IMG/VR virus record: IMGVR_UViG_3300050034_000334
Source of the DNA: a virus
Taxonomy: Duplodnaviria > Caudoviricetes
Length of the DNA stretch: 64,000 bases
Strand: one strand, 5' to 3'
Shown: in pieces, positions 34,955 to 44,585 of the stretch
Numbering within the stretch: position 1 is the first letter of the stretch
Layout: each line of letters begins with the position of its first letter
Notes under the pieces: generated by a model
Database searches by the model: none
Told to the model about the DNA's origin: nothing
The model's input: the letters and a program-made list of their open reading frames with translations, nothing else
Program-made: the position numbers and the translations under genes

Positions 34955-35461
34955 CAATTCGTCTTGTTCTTGTTCTAGAAAGAGTCTCTTGGTTTTAAGC
35001 TGAGCCTGTGGAGTGACTCTGTGAGCACGGCCTTCTCCGATCAGGTACTCGCCTGTCCGTCGTGCTTCCTGGCGCAGCCGGAGCCTCTCAGCCCGGTCAC
35101 GTTCGGCTCCATGCTCCTGGTCCTCGCGATCAATCACCTGGAAGCGAGTTTCAAGTCCACGATCGCGACGAAGGGTCTCTTCCTGAACACGAAGATTGTC
35201 AGCTTGATTGGTAGAGAACTGAGCAAACTCTCTCACTTCCTGCTCATTGAGAGTCACTGGATAGGCTTTCTCTCCAATGAGGACCGCCAGAATTACACGA
35301 GGTGGAATGACAGCGTTGTTCTTGGGATTGGGGAGCAGAATCAGGCCAGTGGGAATAAGCATGTGATCACGAGGATTTGCTGGGTCCTCGATCTTGAGTC
35401 CTTCTCGTACCAACTGCAGGTAGAAGTTCTCAGGGGTTGGCAGTTCGGTTAGGATCTTCAT
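34952..35461 (-). CDS. Hypothetical protein
   Basis: ORF in the - strand block. Confidence 0.6.
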   Translation of the reverse strand: MKILTELPTPENFYLQLVREGLKIEDPANPRDHMLIPTGLILLPNPKNNAVIPPRVILAVLIGEKAYPVTLNEQEVREFAQFSTNQADNLRVQEETLRRDRGLETRFQVIDREDQEHGAERDRAERLRLRQEARRTGEYLIGEGRAHRVTPQAQLKTKRLFLEQEQDEL

Positions 35462-35706
35462 GATGTTCCTCGACTGGTTTCAAACTGGCAAAAAACTCAT
35501 CGGTTTCCTTGCGCAATGCTTGGATTTCACGTTCTGTAAAGTATCGGACGCCGCTGTCTGGACAGATGAGATGTTCGGTGAACGACTTCACATGATCTTC
35601 AATGACCTTGCCGATGTATCGTATCTTGTCTTCCATGGGAAGAATCATGTCCCATTCCCGGTCGGAAGTCAGGGTCAGAATTTCGGCGGCGATTTGTGTG
35701 TGACGC

Positions 35707-36090
35707 TTAGGCATGATCAGATGCCTTCTTGAACTCAATCTTGTTGGCGTCTTCCAACTTGACCCAGAATCGAATTGCACGAGTCTTCTTCGACTTGGAT
35801 CCTGGCTTTGGTGGAAGTCCCTTCCAGTAGAAGGTGATCGAGTCGTAGTCAGAAACTCCCTTGCGAATGTAGATCCGATCTATCTTGAGAAGAGATCCCT
35901 TTGGAATGACACAGGGTCTTGATTTCATACTCTTGTTAGAGTAGAAATAGTCCCAGTACTCCTTGGTGACATCCCCTAGAAACACAAGAAAATCGTAATT
36001 TCGTCTCTCATTCCAAAGTCCAAACTCCCAGTTGGAAGTAAGAACGATCTCATCGCCTATGGAGGGAATGTACATCTTCATCGGGATCAC
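35707..36090 (-). CDS. Hypothetical phage protein
   Basis: MYIPSIGDEIVLTSNWEF.L..ERRN...L.IDRIYIRKG..DYDSITF...RFWVKL; exact start approximate. Confidence 0.6.
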   Translation of the reverse strand: MIPMKMYIPSIGDEIVLTSNWEFGLWNERRNYDFLVFLGDVTKEYWDYFYSNKSMKSRPCVIPKGSLLKIDRIYIRKGVSDYDSITFYWKGLPPKPGSKSKKTRAIRFWVKLEDANKIEFKKASDHA

Positions 36091-36363
36091 CTGAAATGCG
36101 GGCCTTTCGACCCGCACTCCGATTGTGCACTAGATCTTTTCAGCGTTGATTGTTCTTCCACTGTAAGTGTAACCCGCACTATCACGGGACAACACCACAG
36201 TCTCATGTCCGTTTCCGACGAAACTTGCTACTTCGCCAGTAATGCGGTCACCTTTTGTGGCAATTCCATCACTCACGATAGTCACCCTATCGCCCACTTG
36301 AATGGTTCCGGTTCTACCCTCACCCTGTTGTAATGCTCTCATTTCTCTCCTTCTGCAATTGGC

Positions 36364-37035
36364 TTACAGAGAAGCCAGCAGTGCGTCGGCCTTCTCATCC
36401 TTGAGAGGATCAGGAGGAGTGGACATGTCGGCGATGGTGCGGTTGAACTCTTCCTTGGCCACATTCGACTTGGCATCGATACGGTCAGAGATGTTGTCGA
36501 CGCTCTCACCATTCAGGGCGTCTGTAGCGAACGACTGGATCTGCTGGAGGTTCTTGGTTGCCTGACCCAGAGCAGCAGCACCGGCATCCTTGGACTTGAG
36601 CAGCTGCAAACGGGAGTAGATCTCCTGATGCTTCGCTACCAGTTTGTCCTTGGCTCCGTCAAGCGCGATAGAGTTGGCCTGAGCCGCGTCAAGCTGTGAC
36701 TGAATGGCCGCCAGTTCATTCTGGTGGAGGAGGATCTGATCGACCTCATTCTTGGCATAACCCAATGAAGTCGGGTCGCCCTTTGACTTCCAGGCCTTGG
36801 CGCGAGCGGTGCTCTCGTTGATCTGTGCCTGCTTGGCATCGTGCTGGCTTTGGAGGGTCGTGACGTTGGCCGCCGCGACCGCCGCCAGGTGCTTGGTGGT
36901 ATCGATGTTCTGTTCGAACTCCCGAACCTTCTGTGTGAGGACAGGAATGGAGTCCATATCGATGGCGGCATCGGCTGCTTCATGAGCATGCGCCATCACG
37001 AGGGTACGCATTTTGGAAAATAGGCTTTCAGCCAT
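36364..37035 (-). CDS. PspA/IM30-family protein
   Basis: SLFSK..TLV.A..HEA.D..ID...VL.Q.VRE; coiled coil throughout. Confidence 0.8.
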   Translation of the reverse strand: MAESLFSKMRTLVMAHAHEAADAAIDMDSIPVLTQKVREFEQNIDTTKHLAAVAAANVTTLQSQHDAKQAQINESTARAKAWKSKGDPTSLGYAKNEVDQILLHQNELAAIQSQLDAAQANSIALDGAKDKLVAKHQEIYSRLQLLKSKDAGAAALGQATKNLQQIQSFATDALNGESVDNISDRIDAKSNVAKEEFNRTIADMSTPPDPLKDEKADALLASL

Positions 37036-37064
37036 GGTGGTTCAGTTCCTTTCAGTGCACGAGG

Positions 37065-37481
37065 TTAGGCAATGGGTGAAGGTGGTGTCTTCAGAGCATC
37101 GACAAGGGTGTGAAGTTCGGAGACAACTGTTTCCAAACGATCGTAGACACTGGGCTCTTCTTCCTCGTCCACAAAATGAGGCTTGATGAAGAAAATCTCA
37201 TTCCAGGTCGGTCCGTCGGGTTCGTAGCTGCGCTCGAACATACGATTCAGATCCGGGTTGCCATTGGGCTGAACAATACCCAAGGCAAGCAGTTCGGCCC
37301 ATCCGGGCCACAGGCCGCTCCAGCGAGCGAACAGAGGATCATGGTTGACACAAGTATCTGGGTCACATTGAAGTCTCTGTCCGCCGCAGACGGAGCAACG
37401 CTCGGTGTCACAGTTCTGGTTGTGAGGCTGACCAGGCAGTGCACCACAGTCATGACAGGTTGTCAATTGTCTTTGAGGCAT
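37065..37481 (-). CDS. Cys-rich hypothetical phage protein
   Basis: CHDCGA.PG..H...CD.ERCSVCGGQRLQC...WSGLWPG. Confidence 0.7.
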   Translation of the reverse strand: MPQRQLTTCHDCGALPGQPHNQNCDTERCSVCGGQRLQCDPDTCVNHDPLFARWSGLWPGWAELLALGIVQPNGNPDLNRMFERSYEPDGPTWNEIFFIKPHFVDEEEEPSVYDRLETVVSELHTLVDALKTPPSPIA

Positions 37482-37495
37482 CGTATTCTTCTTTC

Positions 37496-38794
37496 CTAGA
37501 AGCCGGAGTCGTCCCCACTGGAAGTGCCACCGCCGCTGTCTCCACTACCCCAACTGGAGTCACTGCCGCTGGATGATGAAGAATCATCGTCATCGCTCTT
37601 GCTGGATCCCCAGGAAGAGTCATTTCCGGATGATACCCTTTCTTCTGGCTCGGGATCCGGCTCACGCACAGGCTCACGATATACAGGATCGCGATACACT
37701 GGGCGATCGTCGTAGCGAGGACGGTCAGCCAGGATCTCGCCGGCAATCAGGCCGCTGGTGAAGTCTCCACTGTTATCGTGCTCATGGATAACCACGGTGC
37801 TCTGAACAGGAGGAGCAGCCTGAGGACTATACGGTGGAGGAGTGGGAGCACTGCTCCTTGGAGCATAGGACGGAGATGGAGTTGGACGAGGATACTGACG
37901 AGAAGACCTGCCGCCAGTCGAAGGATGCAGGACGTCCTGTAGATCATTTTCGAACTTCTGCCAACTGCTGGCGATGTCGTTGTAGGCTTCCATTGACAGT
38001 CCATCCGTGGTGGGGTCATACTTGACCGCTCCGGAGAGGTTCGCATACTTGGCCGCGAAGGTAGAGTAGAGGGTGCTGGTCTTGTCCATGGCAGAGAATG
38101 CATCGGTCGCGTTGTTGCAAGCACGGATGGCAGTCTGCTGAGCAGCATCAGTTGCCGACTTGGTAAGTTGGCGCCGATTGTAGAGAGCCCAGATGATCCA
38201 AACGACGATACCCAGAGCAGATAGGAACAGGAGCCACTTGAAGAATGTCCAGAGTCCGCTGTAATCGGTCGCTTGGTTGATCGTGGTCTTCTGCACAGGA
38301 TGCTTGGCCTGATCATGGAAGGCAACCAGCTTCAAATTCAGAGCCTGGATGGTCGCATTGGCTCCGTCTGCCCATTGCTGCTTCTTGTATAGAGGATTGG
38401 CCGCCGTGGAGTAGAGTGAGTCCACTTCCTCCTTGGAACCGAAGACGTGAACGTATGAATCACCCAGGAAGATGTTCTTCTTCCGCTCTGCAGGAGCGAC
38501 AGCAATCACGATGAGATTGCCCTTGGCGGTGCCGTTAGGTGCTTGCCAGGACTTGCAGTTCTTGACATATGCGTTGTATGCGTTCTGTAGATTGCCGCCG
38601 TACTTCGCCATCGAAACCGCGATCACATGGACATCGGCTCCCTGATCGACCAAGGGGTCCGGATTGATAGTGCCTTGAAGTACACCCGTCTCATCGCTGA
38701 CTGTGGAGCAAGACTGAGCGTACACAGCGACCGGCCATAGAAGAATGGTGGCCAAGAGTGTAACGAACATTGTTGGAATCAGATACCTTTTCAT
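37496..38794 (-). CDS. TPM-domain membrane protein with Gly/Ser-rich tail
   Basis: Signal peptide; VSDETGVL...NLIVIAVAPAERK...IFLG; TM helix; SSSSSGSDSSWGSGDSGGG tail. Confidence 0.8.
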   Translation of the reverse strand: MKRYLIPTMFVTLLATILLWPVAVYAQSCSTVSDETGVLQGTINPDPLVDQGADVHVIAVSMAKYGGNLQNAYNAYVKNCKSWQAPNGTAKGNLIVIAVAPAERKKNIFLGDSYVHVFGSKEEVDSLYSTAANPLYKKQQWADGANATIQALNLKLVAFHDQAKHPVQKTTINQATDYSGLWTFFKWLLFLSALGIVVWIIWALYNRRQLTKSATDAAQQTAIRACNNATDAFSAMDKTSTLYSTFAAKYANLSGAVKYDPTTDGLSMEAYNDIASSWQKFENDLQDVLHPSTGGRSSRQYPRPTPSPSYAPRSSAPTPPPYSPQAAPPVQSTVVIHEHDNSGDFTSGLIAGEILADRPRYDDRPVYRDPVYREPVREPDPEPEERVSSGNDSSWGSSKSDDDDSSSSSGSDSSWGSGDSGGGTSSGDDSGF

Positions 38795-38863
38795 GGGTGT
38801 AGCTTCCTCGTTTCTGTTTCCAGGGTCCTGACCGAAGCCAGAACCCTAGAATTTGCCGGCTGC

Positions 38864-39826
38864 TTACAGACGGGCTGCGCTTCCTGCTCCGCTCTTCACC
38901 AGTTCCCCGGTGGCCTTCGCGGACTTCGGAATCTTCGCCAGTGCTGCAGTGACCAGTTCCTTCGCGTCCTTCTTGCTGGTGCCCGAAGCGACCAAGTCAT
39001 GGATTGCCGTGTCTTCGTCCAGGTTCTGCTCGTTCAGACCGACCGTGGTCCCGATGAGCTCGCAGATCATGTTCGGGTGCTGGAGTTCCAGAACGAACTC
39101 GTCGCCGAACAGCTGCTTGTACTGCTTGAGTGCATGGTCGTATCCCTGACGCGGCCAGATGATGTAGACCGTGTACAGCTTGCGCAGGTCTTCGATGACC
39201 TCGGCAATGGGGATGTTCTTCTGGATTGTGTCGCCGAAGATGTCCTTGACTTCATGCTTGTCGACAAAGTCGAAGATCGGCTCGTCGCAGTACATGAACA
39301 AGTAACCCTTCTTGCCGCGCTTCTCGAAGCAGTCCAGGACCGTCTTGTAGGCATAGGCATACATGATGAGATCGTAAGACTCTCCGTCATTGCCGCCGCC
39401 GTCGCCCACCAGCCAGATGTTGCGCAGGTGCTCGTCGATGCGAATATCGGATTCAAAGTCGGACATCTGGACTGACTTCCGGCCCTCGACCTTGTAATCG
39501 TCGTTGGCAGCGAAAGAGACCTGAGGATCCTTGATGTACTTGGTGAGCAAGCCCATCAGCTTGTCGAGGACCTTCTGGGCTTCGCGTGCCCGGGAGATGT
39601 TGGAGCCGGTCACGTCGAAACTGACCGCGATGGCGTTGGACTCGGGGTGCTCGGCGGAGTCGCGGCTCTCGAGCTTTCCGAACGGTTTGGTGTTGATGCG
39701 ACGAGGATCCAGGTTGTCGTGAATTGAACTCGCGGATGCAGAGTAGGCAAAATCATCGACCTTGGCTGCAACCCTGGCTGTGCTCGTGGAACGATATACG
39801 GTGCTATCCCAGCTGCCACCACCCAT
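38864..39826 (-). CDS. vWA-like domain protein
   Basis: MGGGSW...ESRDSAEHP.S.AI...FDVTGS; GGGGNDGESY; KKGYLF. Confidence 0.85.
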   Translation of the reverse strand: MGGGSWDSTVYRSTSTARVAAKVDDFAYSASASSIHDNLDPRRINTKPFGKLESRDSAEHPESNAIAVSFDVTGSNISRAREAQKVLDKLMGLLTKYIKDPQVSFAANDDYKVEGRKSVQMSDFESDIRIDEHLRNIWLVGDGGGNDGESYDLIMYAYAYKTVLDCFEKRGKKGYLFMYCDEPIFDFVDKHEVKDIFGDTIQKNIPIAEVIEDLRKLYTVYIIWPRQGYDHALKQYKQLFGDEFVLELQHPNMICELIGTTVGLNEQNLDEDTAIHDLVASGTSKKDAKELVTAALAKIPKSAKATGELVKSGAGSAARL

Positions 39827-39842
39827 TGCGTGGTCTCCTTCT

Positions 39843-40991
39843 TTACTTCTGTTTGGCCGGTCCTCCCGGCACATTGAAGTCATGCCACTGCGGTGCTCCG
39901 TAGATGGCCTTCTGAATTCCCAAAAATTCCTGGAAATACTGCATTGTTTGAGCCGGTCTTTGCTTTGGATTCTTCTCTACCCACCGGCGAATAGAATCGG
40001 TTATTTCCTTGGGCACGGTCTTGTCGCACATTTCGAGCATTGTCATTGCGCCCATGTACAAATCCGTAGAATGATCCAACGGTTTCTTGGCCACAATCTC
40101 CGGAGCATACAGTCTTTGGTAAGCAGGAACCCAGGCCGACAAACGGGTGCGAGTCTTGTGTTCGATAGAGTAGCACCAATCCACTAGACGTATCGAGTGC
40201 TTGCGGATGTCGCGGGTCGTGCTTCCATCATTGTCCGGATAGAACATGATGTGACACGGAAGAACCGCTCCATGAATGACTCCCGATCGATACGTCCAGT
40301 CCAGTAGTACAACCATACGCTTCCACATCCAGACGATTGTTCGACCGTCAAGTCCCTGAGGCATCAGGTTGTGAACTTCATTCAGGTTCAGGTATCCAAG
40401 AAAGGCGTCCTGAATGTTGATGCGTCTCTTCAGAGTTCCTTCGGTCAGCAGGAAGCTGTCGAACACTTTGGGGATGCACTGTTGCCAGATCTTCCCATCG
40501 TGAGTTTCCATCTTCTTGCGAACGATGTCAGTGTTGGTCCGTTCTGCCTTGAGGAAGTCATTGTCAGCGGAGTGGCGGCATGCCTTGATGAGAATCGGAG
40601 TCATGAAACCCTTCTCATAACCCCAATGGATGTCTGCCATGTCGCCGGCACACAAGGTTCTCTGCCGAACGTACTCTGCATATCCATTCTCAGTTTTGCC
40701 GACTATGGTAATCTGCTCTCGTCCGTGGATGGCAACCTTATGTCCCCACTTGCCTTCCTTGATGAGTTCCAAGGCTCGAGTGTACCAGGTGCCAATCAGG
40801 CTGAAGACCTCATCAGCGAGGGCCTTCTCAGTGGGATGCGTATCCGGATAGACGGCCTTGGCCAACATTTTGTAGTTGGTCTTGACGTGCCGAAGCATGT
40901 CCTCTTCAGACCCTGTGAAGTTTCCAAAGATGTCCTCGTATGTAAGCGCAGAGTCGAGTGTAGACTTGATTATTTCTATTTCCGTGAGCAT
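39843..40991 (-). CDS. Protein-kinase-like protein with N-terminal J-domain-like helical region
   Basis: YKMLAKAVYPD (J-like); GDMADIH; GVIHGAVLPCHIM; IRLVDWCYS. Confidence 0.8.
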   Translation of the reverse strand: MLTEIEIIKSTLDSALTYEDIFGNFTGSEEDMLRHVKTNYKMLAKAVYPDTHPTEKALADEVFSLIGTWYTRALELIKEGKWGHKVAIHGREQITIVGKTENGYAEYVRQRTLCAGDMADIHWGYEKGFMTPILIKACRHSADNDFLKAERTNTDIVRKKMETHDGKIWQQCIPKVFDSFLLTEGTLKRRINIQDAFLGYLNLNEVHNLMPQGLDGRTIVWMWKRMVVLLDWTYRSGVIHGAVLPCHIMFYPDNDGSTTRDIRKHSIRLVDWCYSIEHKTRTRLSAWVPAYQRLYAPEIVAKKPLDHSTDLYMGAMTMLEMCDKTVPKEITDSIRRWVEKNPKQRPAQTMQYFQEFLGIQKAIYGAPQWHDFNVPGGPAKQK

Positions 40992-41427
40992 CCGGTCCTT
41001 TCAGAGAGTTGTCTGATACGGGCAACGAGAGAAAGCTGCTCGGTCGTGAGTTGTCTGATCTCTCTTTTTGGTAGAAGTGTGCTGAGTCTAGCAATACCAG
41101 GAATAGGAAGATCGTACCGGGCGAGAAGATCATTACGAGACGAGTTCACGTCATGAGTTTCAATCCAGTTCGCCCACATGGACAATGCTTGAGAGATCAA
41201 CTCGTCGTCAGTCATGCTGTGGGGATCCAAAACTCCTCCGGATTGCATCCTTGTGATCGTTGAACCACTTCATTCTCTTCTTGTGATTGTTGAGAAGACC
41301 TGATGAGGCTCCACATTTGCAGTAGGCTTTGCCATAGTAGACGCCACCATGGATCCCAGCCGGGTCAGCAAGAGTAGAAAATGCATGACCGGGTATCGCT
41401 GGATTCTTGATGACTCGAGGCTTCTTC

Positions 41428-42024
41428 CTACTTGCCAAGTTCTTTTCTCAACCTCTCAAACTCTGCTTCTTTGCGCTTGCGTTCACGTACCTGTTCAGCA
41501 AGGAGTGAGGCGTTCCTGTTGGCCTCAGTTTGCTCCTTCAACTTAGTGAAGAACTGCTTGCGCAGATCGTAGTCGCATGCCGTAGCAAGGGGGAGGGAGA
41601 TGGAAACACCCTCTGCTCGATCTCCGTCATAGCTGTCCTTCTCACTTCCACGAAGATTCATGGATGAGGCCGGGTCACCAGCCAAGTCCCAGGAAAACTC
41701 GTCAATGTACCGATGTCTGGCGGAGACTGCTTGTTGCCAGTCCTTCCGGATGTCGTCAAAGAAGCTGGTACTTTCGAGCCTTTCCTTGATGAAGCTGAGG
41801 ATCCGAACCTGGTCAGTGATGTCAGGAATGAAATTCTCAAAGATTCCATCCAGGGTGTCGTAGCTCAGATCACCGGGAGGCAGGACGATTACTCGAGGAG
41901 GAATTGCTGCTCCCTCGGGCATCGGCACTGCAGGAGAATCCACTCCGAGGATAGTCTTGCCACCAACCGGACCATCTCCGGTCAGAGGATCCCATCCTTC
42001 ATACACTCGCAGCATCTGACTCAT
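41428..42024 (-). CDS. Hypothetical protein
   Basis: ORF in the - strand block. Confidence 0.6.
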   Translation of the reverse strand: MSQMLRVYEGWDPLTGDGPVGGKTILGVDSPAVPMPEGAAIPPRVIVLPPGDLSYDTLDGIFENFIPDITDQVRILSFIKERLESTSFFDDIRKDWQQAVSARHRYIDEFSWDLAGDPASSMNLRGSEKDSYDGDRAEGVSISLPLATACDYDLRKQFFTKLKEQTEANRNASLLAEQVRERKRKEAEFERLRKELGK

Positions 42025-42228
42025 GAAGCCACCAATTCAATTTCCTCGTACTCGACCGGGATGGTCCGTTCTCCATCCACCACGTGGTCCAACATCACTA
42101 CAGCTTCGTGCTCTGTCTGGTTGGAGTAGATCACAATTCCCAGGGCGTCCTTGAACGGGCAGTCTGCTATGATCTTGACTCGGCTGCCCTTGGTGAAGCT
42201 GGTGAAGCTGTACATTTTGGCTCTCCGC

Positions 42229-42618
42229 TTAGTGCTTTGAGTCTACTTCTTCACTGACAGTAGCCACGTTAAACGTCACTTTGCGCGGCTTACCTTTTGG
42301 CCCTTTTCTGTCCATGCCGCAAATGAGGATGACCACCTGTGGATTGGACTTCATAACTTCGTAGTCCTTCCCAATTACCCAGTTGCCGTCGCATCCTCCT
42401 GCCCATCCTGTAAGGTCGCTCAGGGTATAACGCAGGTTGCCTATCGTGCCTTCGATAAACTGCATTCCAAAAGCTGTGTGGTAAGTCTTCTCGGCATCGG
42501 TGGCTTTGTGGATAGAACTGACATGCAATATCGCAGGAGCAGTTTCAGGCTGTTGAGCTGATGTGACCAAGGAGGTCAAAACGAGTGAGATAGCACCAAA
42601 CAGAAATCGAATTTTCAT
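42229..42618 (-). CDS. Secreted hypothetical protein
   Basis: Signal peptide MKIRFLFGAISLVLTSLVTSAQQ. Confidence 0.65.
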   Translation of the reverse strand: MKIRFLFGAISLVLTSLVTSAQQPETAPAILHVSSIHKATDAEKTYHTAFGMQFIEGTIGNLRYTLSDLTGWAGGCDGNWVIGKDYEVMKSNPQVVILICGMDRKGPKGKPRKVTFNVATVSEEVDSKH

Positions 42619-42655
42619 TTCCTGACTTCCTGTATCAGAGGTAGAGGCACGTCCT

Positions 42656-43447
42656 GTGATACAACTTTGTGAATATGGATGCGGTCAGATTGCCAAATTC
42701 GTTACCAAGAACGGTCGACATCTCTGTGCGAATCCAAACGCTTGTCCTGCGAAGAAAACCAAGGTTGACAGAACCAATCTTCAGAGGTACGGGGTTCGAT
42801 TCCCCAACCAGTCCTCTACGGTGCTTGAAAGAGGAAAGGTTACTTCTCTTCTCAAGTATGGAGTTGAACATCCATTCCAGTCCGAACAGGTGCAACAAAC
42901 AGCAGCCAATACCAACATGAAGAAATACGGAGTTGCTAACGTCTTCGCTTCCAAGTCAGTCCAGGATAAGATCAAAACAACTAACCTAGAGAGACGTGGA
43001 GTTGCAAATCCAAGCCAGGATCCGTTCGTAGAAAAGAAGAGGACAGACACCATGTTCAGAAAGTATGGTGTCAAATACATCATGCAGCATCCCATGTACT
43101 ACCGCATAAGTCGAAAGAATGCATTGAAAGTTCAGCCTATCGAGGTAGATGGTAAACTCTTCACTGTTCACTCCAAAGAAGAGGGTAAGGTGCTGGTGGA
43201 ACTCGTTGCCTCAGGATTCCGAGCCAGCGAACTTGAGACCGATCCTTCTAGGATGCCTCCCATTCTCTATACCAATCCAGAGACAGATAAGACATCCAGA
43301 TATTTCCCTGACATTTTCGTGCCTCGCCTCAACTGGCTGATCGAAGTGAAGTGTAACTACACATTCACCAACAACAAAGAACTAAACTTGGCGAAGCGCA
43401 AGGCTTGCAAAGACCTGGGATTTCAGTACAACTTCATCATTCGTTAG
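42656..43447 (+). CDS. Putative homing endonuclease: Zn finger, KYG repeats and C-terminal PD-(D/E)XK domain
   Basis: CEYGCG...C; repeated KYGV.xP.Q; RYFPDIFVPRLNWLIEVK. Confidence 0.8.
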   Translation: MIQLCEYGCGQIAKFVTKNGRHLCANPNACPAKKTKVDRTNLQRYGVRFPNQSSTVLERGKVTSLLKYGVEHPFQSEQVQQTAANTNMKKYGVANVFASKSVQDKIKTTNLERRGVANPSQDPFVEKKRTDTMFRKYGVKYIMQHPMYYRISRKNALKVQPIEVDGKLFTVHSKEEGKVLVELVASGFRASELETDPSRMPPILYTNPETDKTSRYFPDIFVPRLNWLIEVKCNYTFTNNKELNLAKRKACKDLGFQYNFIIR

Positions 43448-43480
43448 TCGACAACGTCCTCTAGTCGACAACGTCCTCTA
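43445..43480. repeat. 17-bp-period tandem duplication of the ligase 3' end
   Basis: TAGTCGACAACGTCCTC twice (43445-43461, 43462-43478) at the convergent stop codons. Confidence 0.95.
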
Positions 43481-44498
43481 CTTCAAACACCGGAGTCGTC
43501 GCTTCATAAGAGATGTTGTGCTTCAAGAAAGTGGCACGAACCCAATCCTCGCCAACAGTCCTGACACCGTGCTTCGCAGCATCCTTTTGCTTGTTTGCGC
43601 CGGGAGCATTTCCAATAATGAGGACGTTGGTTTTCTTGCTGACACCGCTCTTCTTTGTAGCTCCAAGACTTTCCAGCTTCTTCTCAACCATTTCACGAGG
43701 CTGAGCTAGATCGCCGGTGATGCAGAAGGTCATCCCGTCCAGCGGCATTCCTGTCGTGTCGCGAACCATCTGGCTCTTGGGGCGGACACCCGCGTCGAAC
43801 AGATTCTTCACCAGATCCTTGTTGCCCTGATCGGAAGCCCAGGTGGTCAATGATGCCATCTTGCGTGGTCCAAACCCCTCAGTCCCCGCTGGAAGAGCAA
43901 GGAACTTGTCGCAAAGGGTTTCCATTGCATCGGCGTCAAGTTTCAGGACGTTCGCGAGAGTCTTGCCTAACGAGTGCCCGATCATCGGGATGCCCAGGGC
44001 GGCGATCCAACGATTCCAACCAGCGTTCTTTGCGGTCTGTACTGACTTGGCCATCTTCACCACGGCCACACCGGAAGTGAACCCGATCTTGTTGTGGAGG
44101 TTGGCAGCAACCTTGTCATCGCCATGCTTCTGGATGCTAGCGAAAACGTCATCCGCGAAGCAGACCAGGTCGGACATGTTGCGAACGTATCCTCTGGACA
44201 CCAGCTGGTCGGCCAACTCCGGTCCCAGTGCGTCGATTTCAAGAGTCTCGCGATCCGCGACCGCATACAGGTGATGGGCCAGGGTGCCGGGGCAAGAGGA
44301 GTTGCCGCATTCATGGGTTACGACCTTGGCATCGCTCTCGCTTTCGATTACCGCATGACCGCAGTCAGGGCAAACTGTAGGAGGCAGGATCTCGATTAAC
44401 TGAGACCTCTTGGCGGCATCGCGATGACCATCAATCGGACAATCTGAGCTAAAGTTGTCTTCTTTTCCAAATCCTCGATCGCAAGTGCACTCAATCAT
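43461..44498 (-). CDS. ligA: NAD-dependent DNA ligase, C-terminal half (Zn finger, HhH, BRCT)
   Basis: PTVCPDCG...CGNSSCPG; IDALGP; ALGIPMIG; GMTFCITG...VSKKTNVLIIG...K...A.KHGV. Confidence 0.9.
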   Translation of the reverse strand: MIECTCDRGFGKEDNFSSDCPIDGHRDAAKRSQLIEILPPTVCPDCGHAVIESESDAKVVTHECGNSSCPGTLAHHLYAVADRETLEIDALGPELADQLVSRGYVRNMSDLVCFADDVFASIQKHGDDKVAANLHNKIGFTSGVAVVKMAKSVQTAKNAGWNRWIAALGIPMIGHSLGKTLANVLKLDADAMETLCDKFLALPAGTEGFGPRKMASLTTWASDQGNKDLVKNLFDAGVRPKSQMVRDTTGMPLDGMTFCITGDLAQPREMVEKKLESLGATKKSGVSKKTNVLIIGNAPGANKQKDAAKHGVRTVGEDWVRATFLKHNISYEATTPVFEVEDVVD

Positions 44499-44517
44499 TT
44501 TTCCCTTTCTTATTCTC

Positions 44518-44545
44518 TCTACGTCTAAATTTGCTAATTCGGTTA
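44518..44545 (-). promoter_or_regulatory. Phage promoter motif TAACCG-N16-CGTAGA for the ligase C-half
   Basis: Exact motif match, followed by RBS AGAAAGGG and ATG. Confidence 0.8.
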
Positions 44546-44585
44546 AGATTTGACTTCCTATTCCTATGGTGAGGAGACGATTGGG

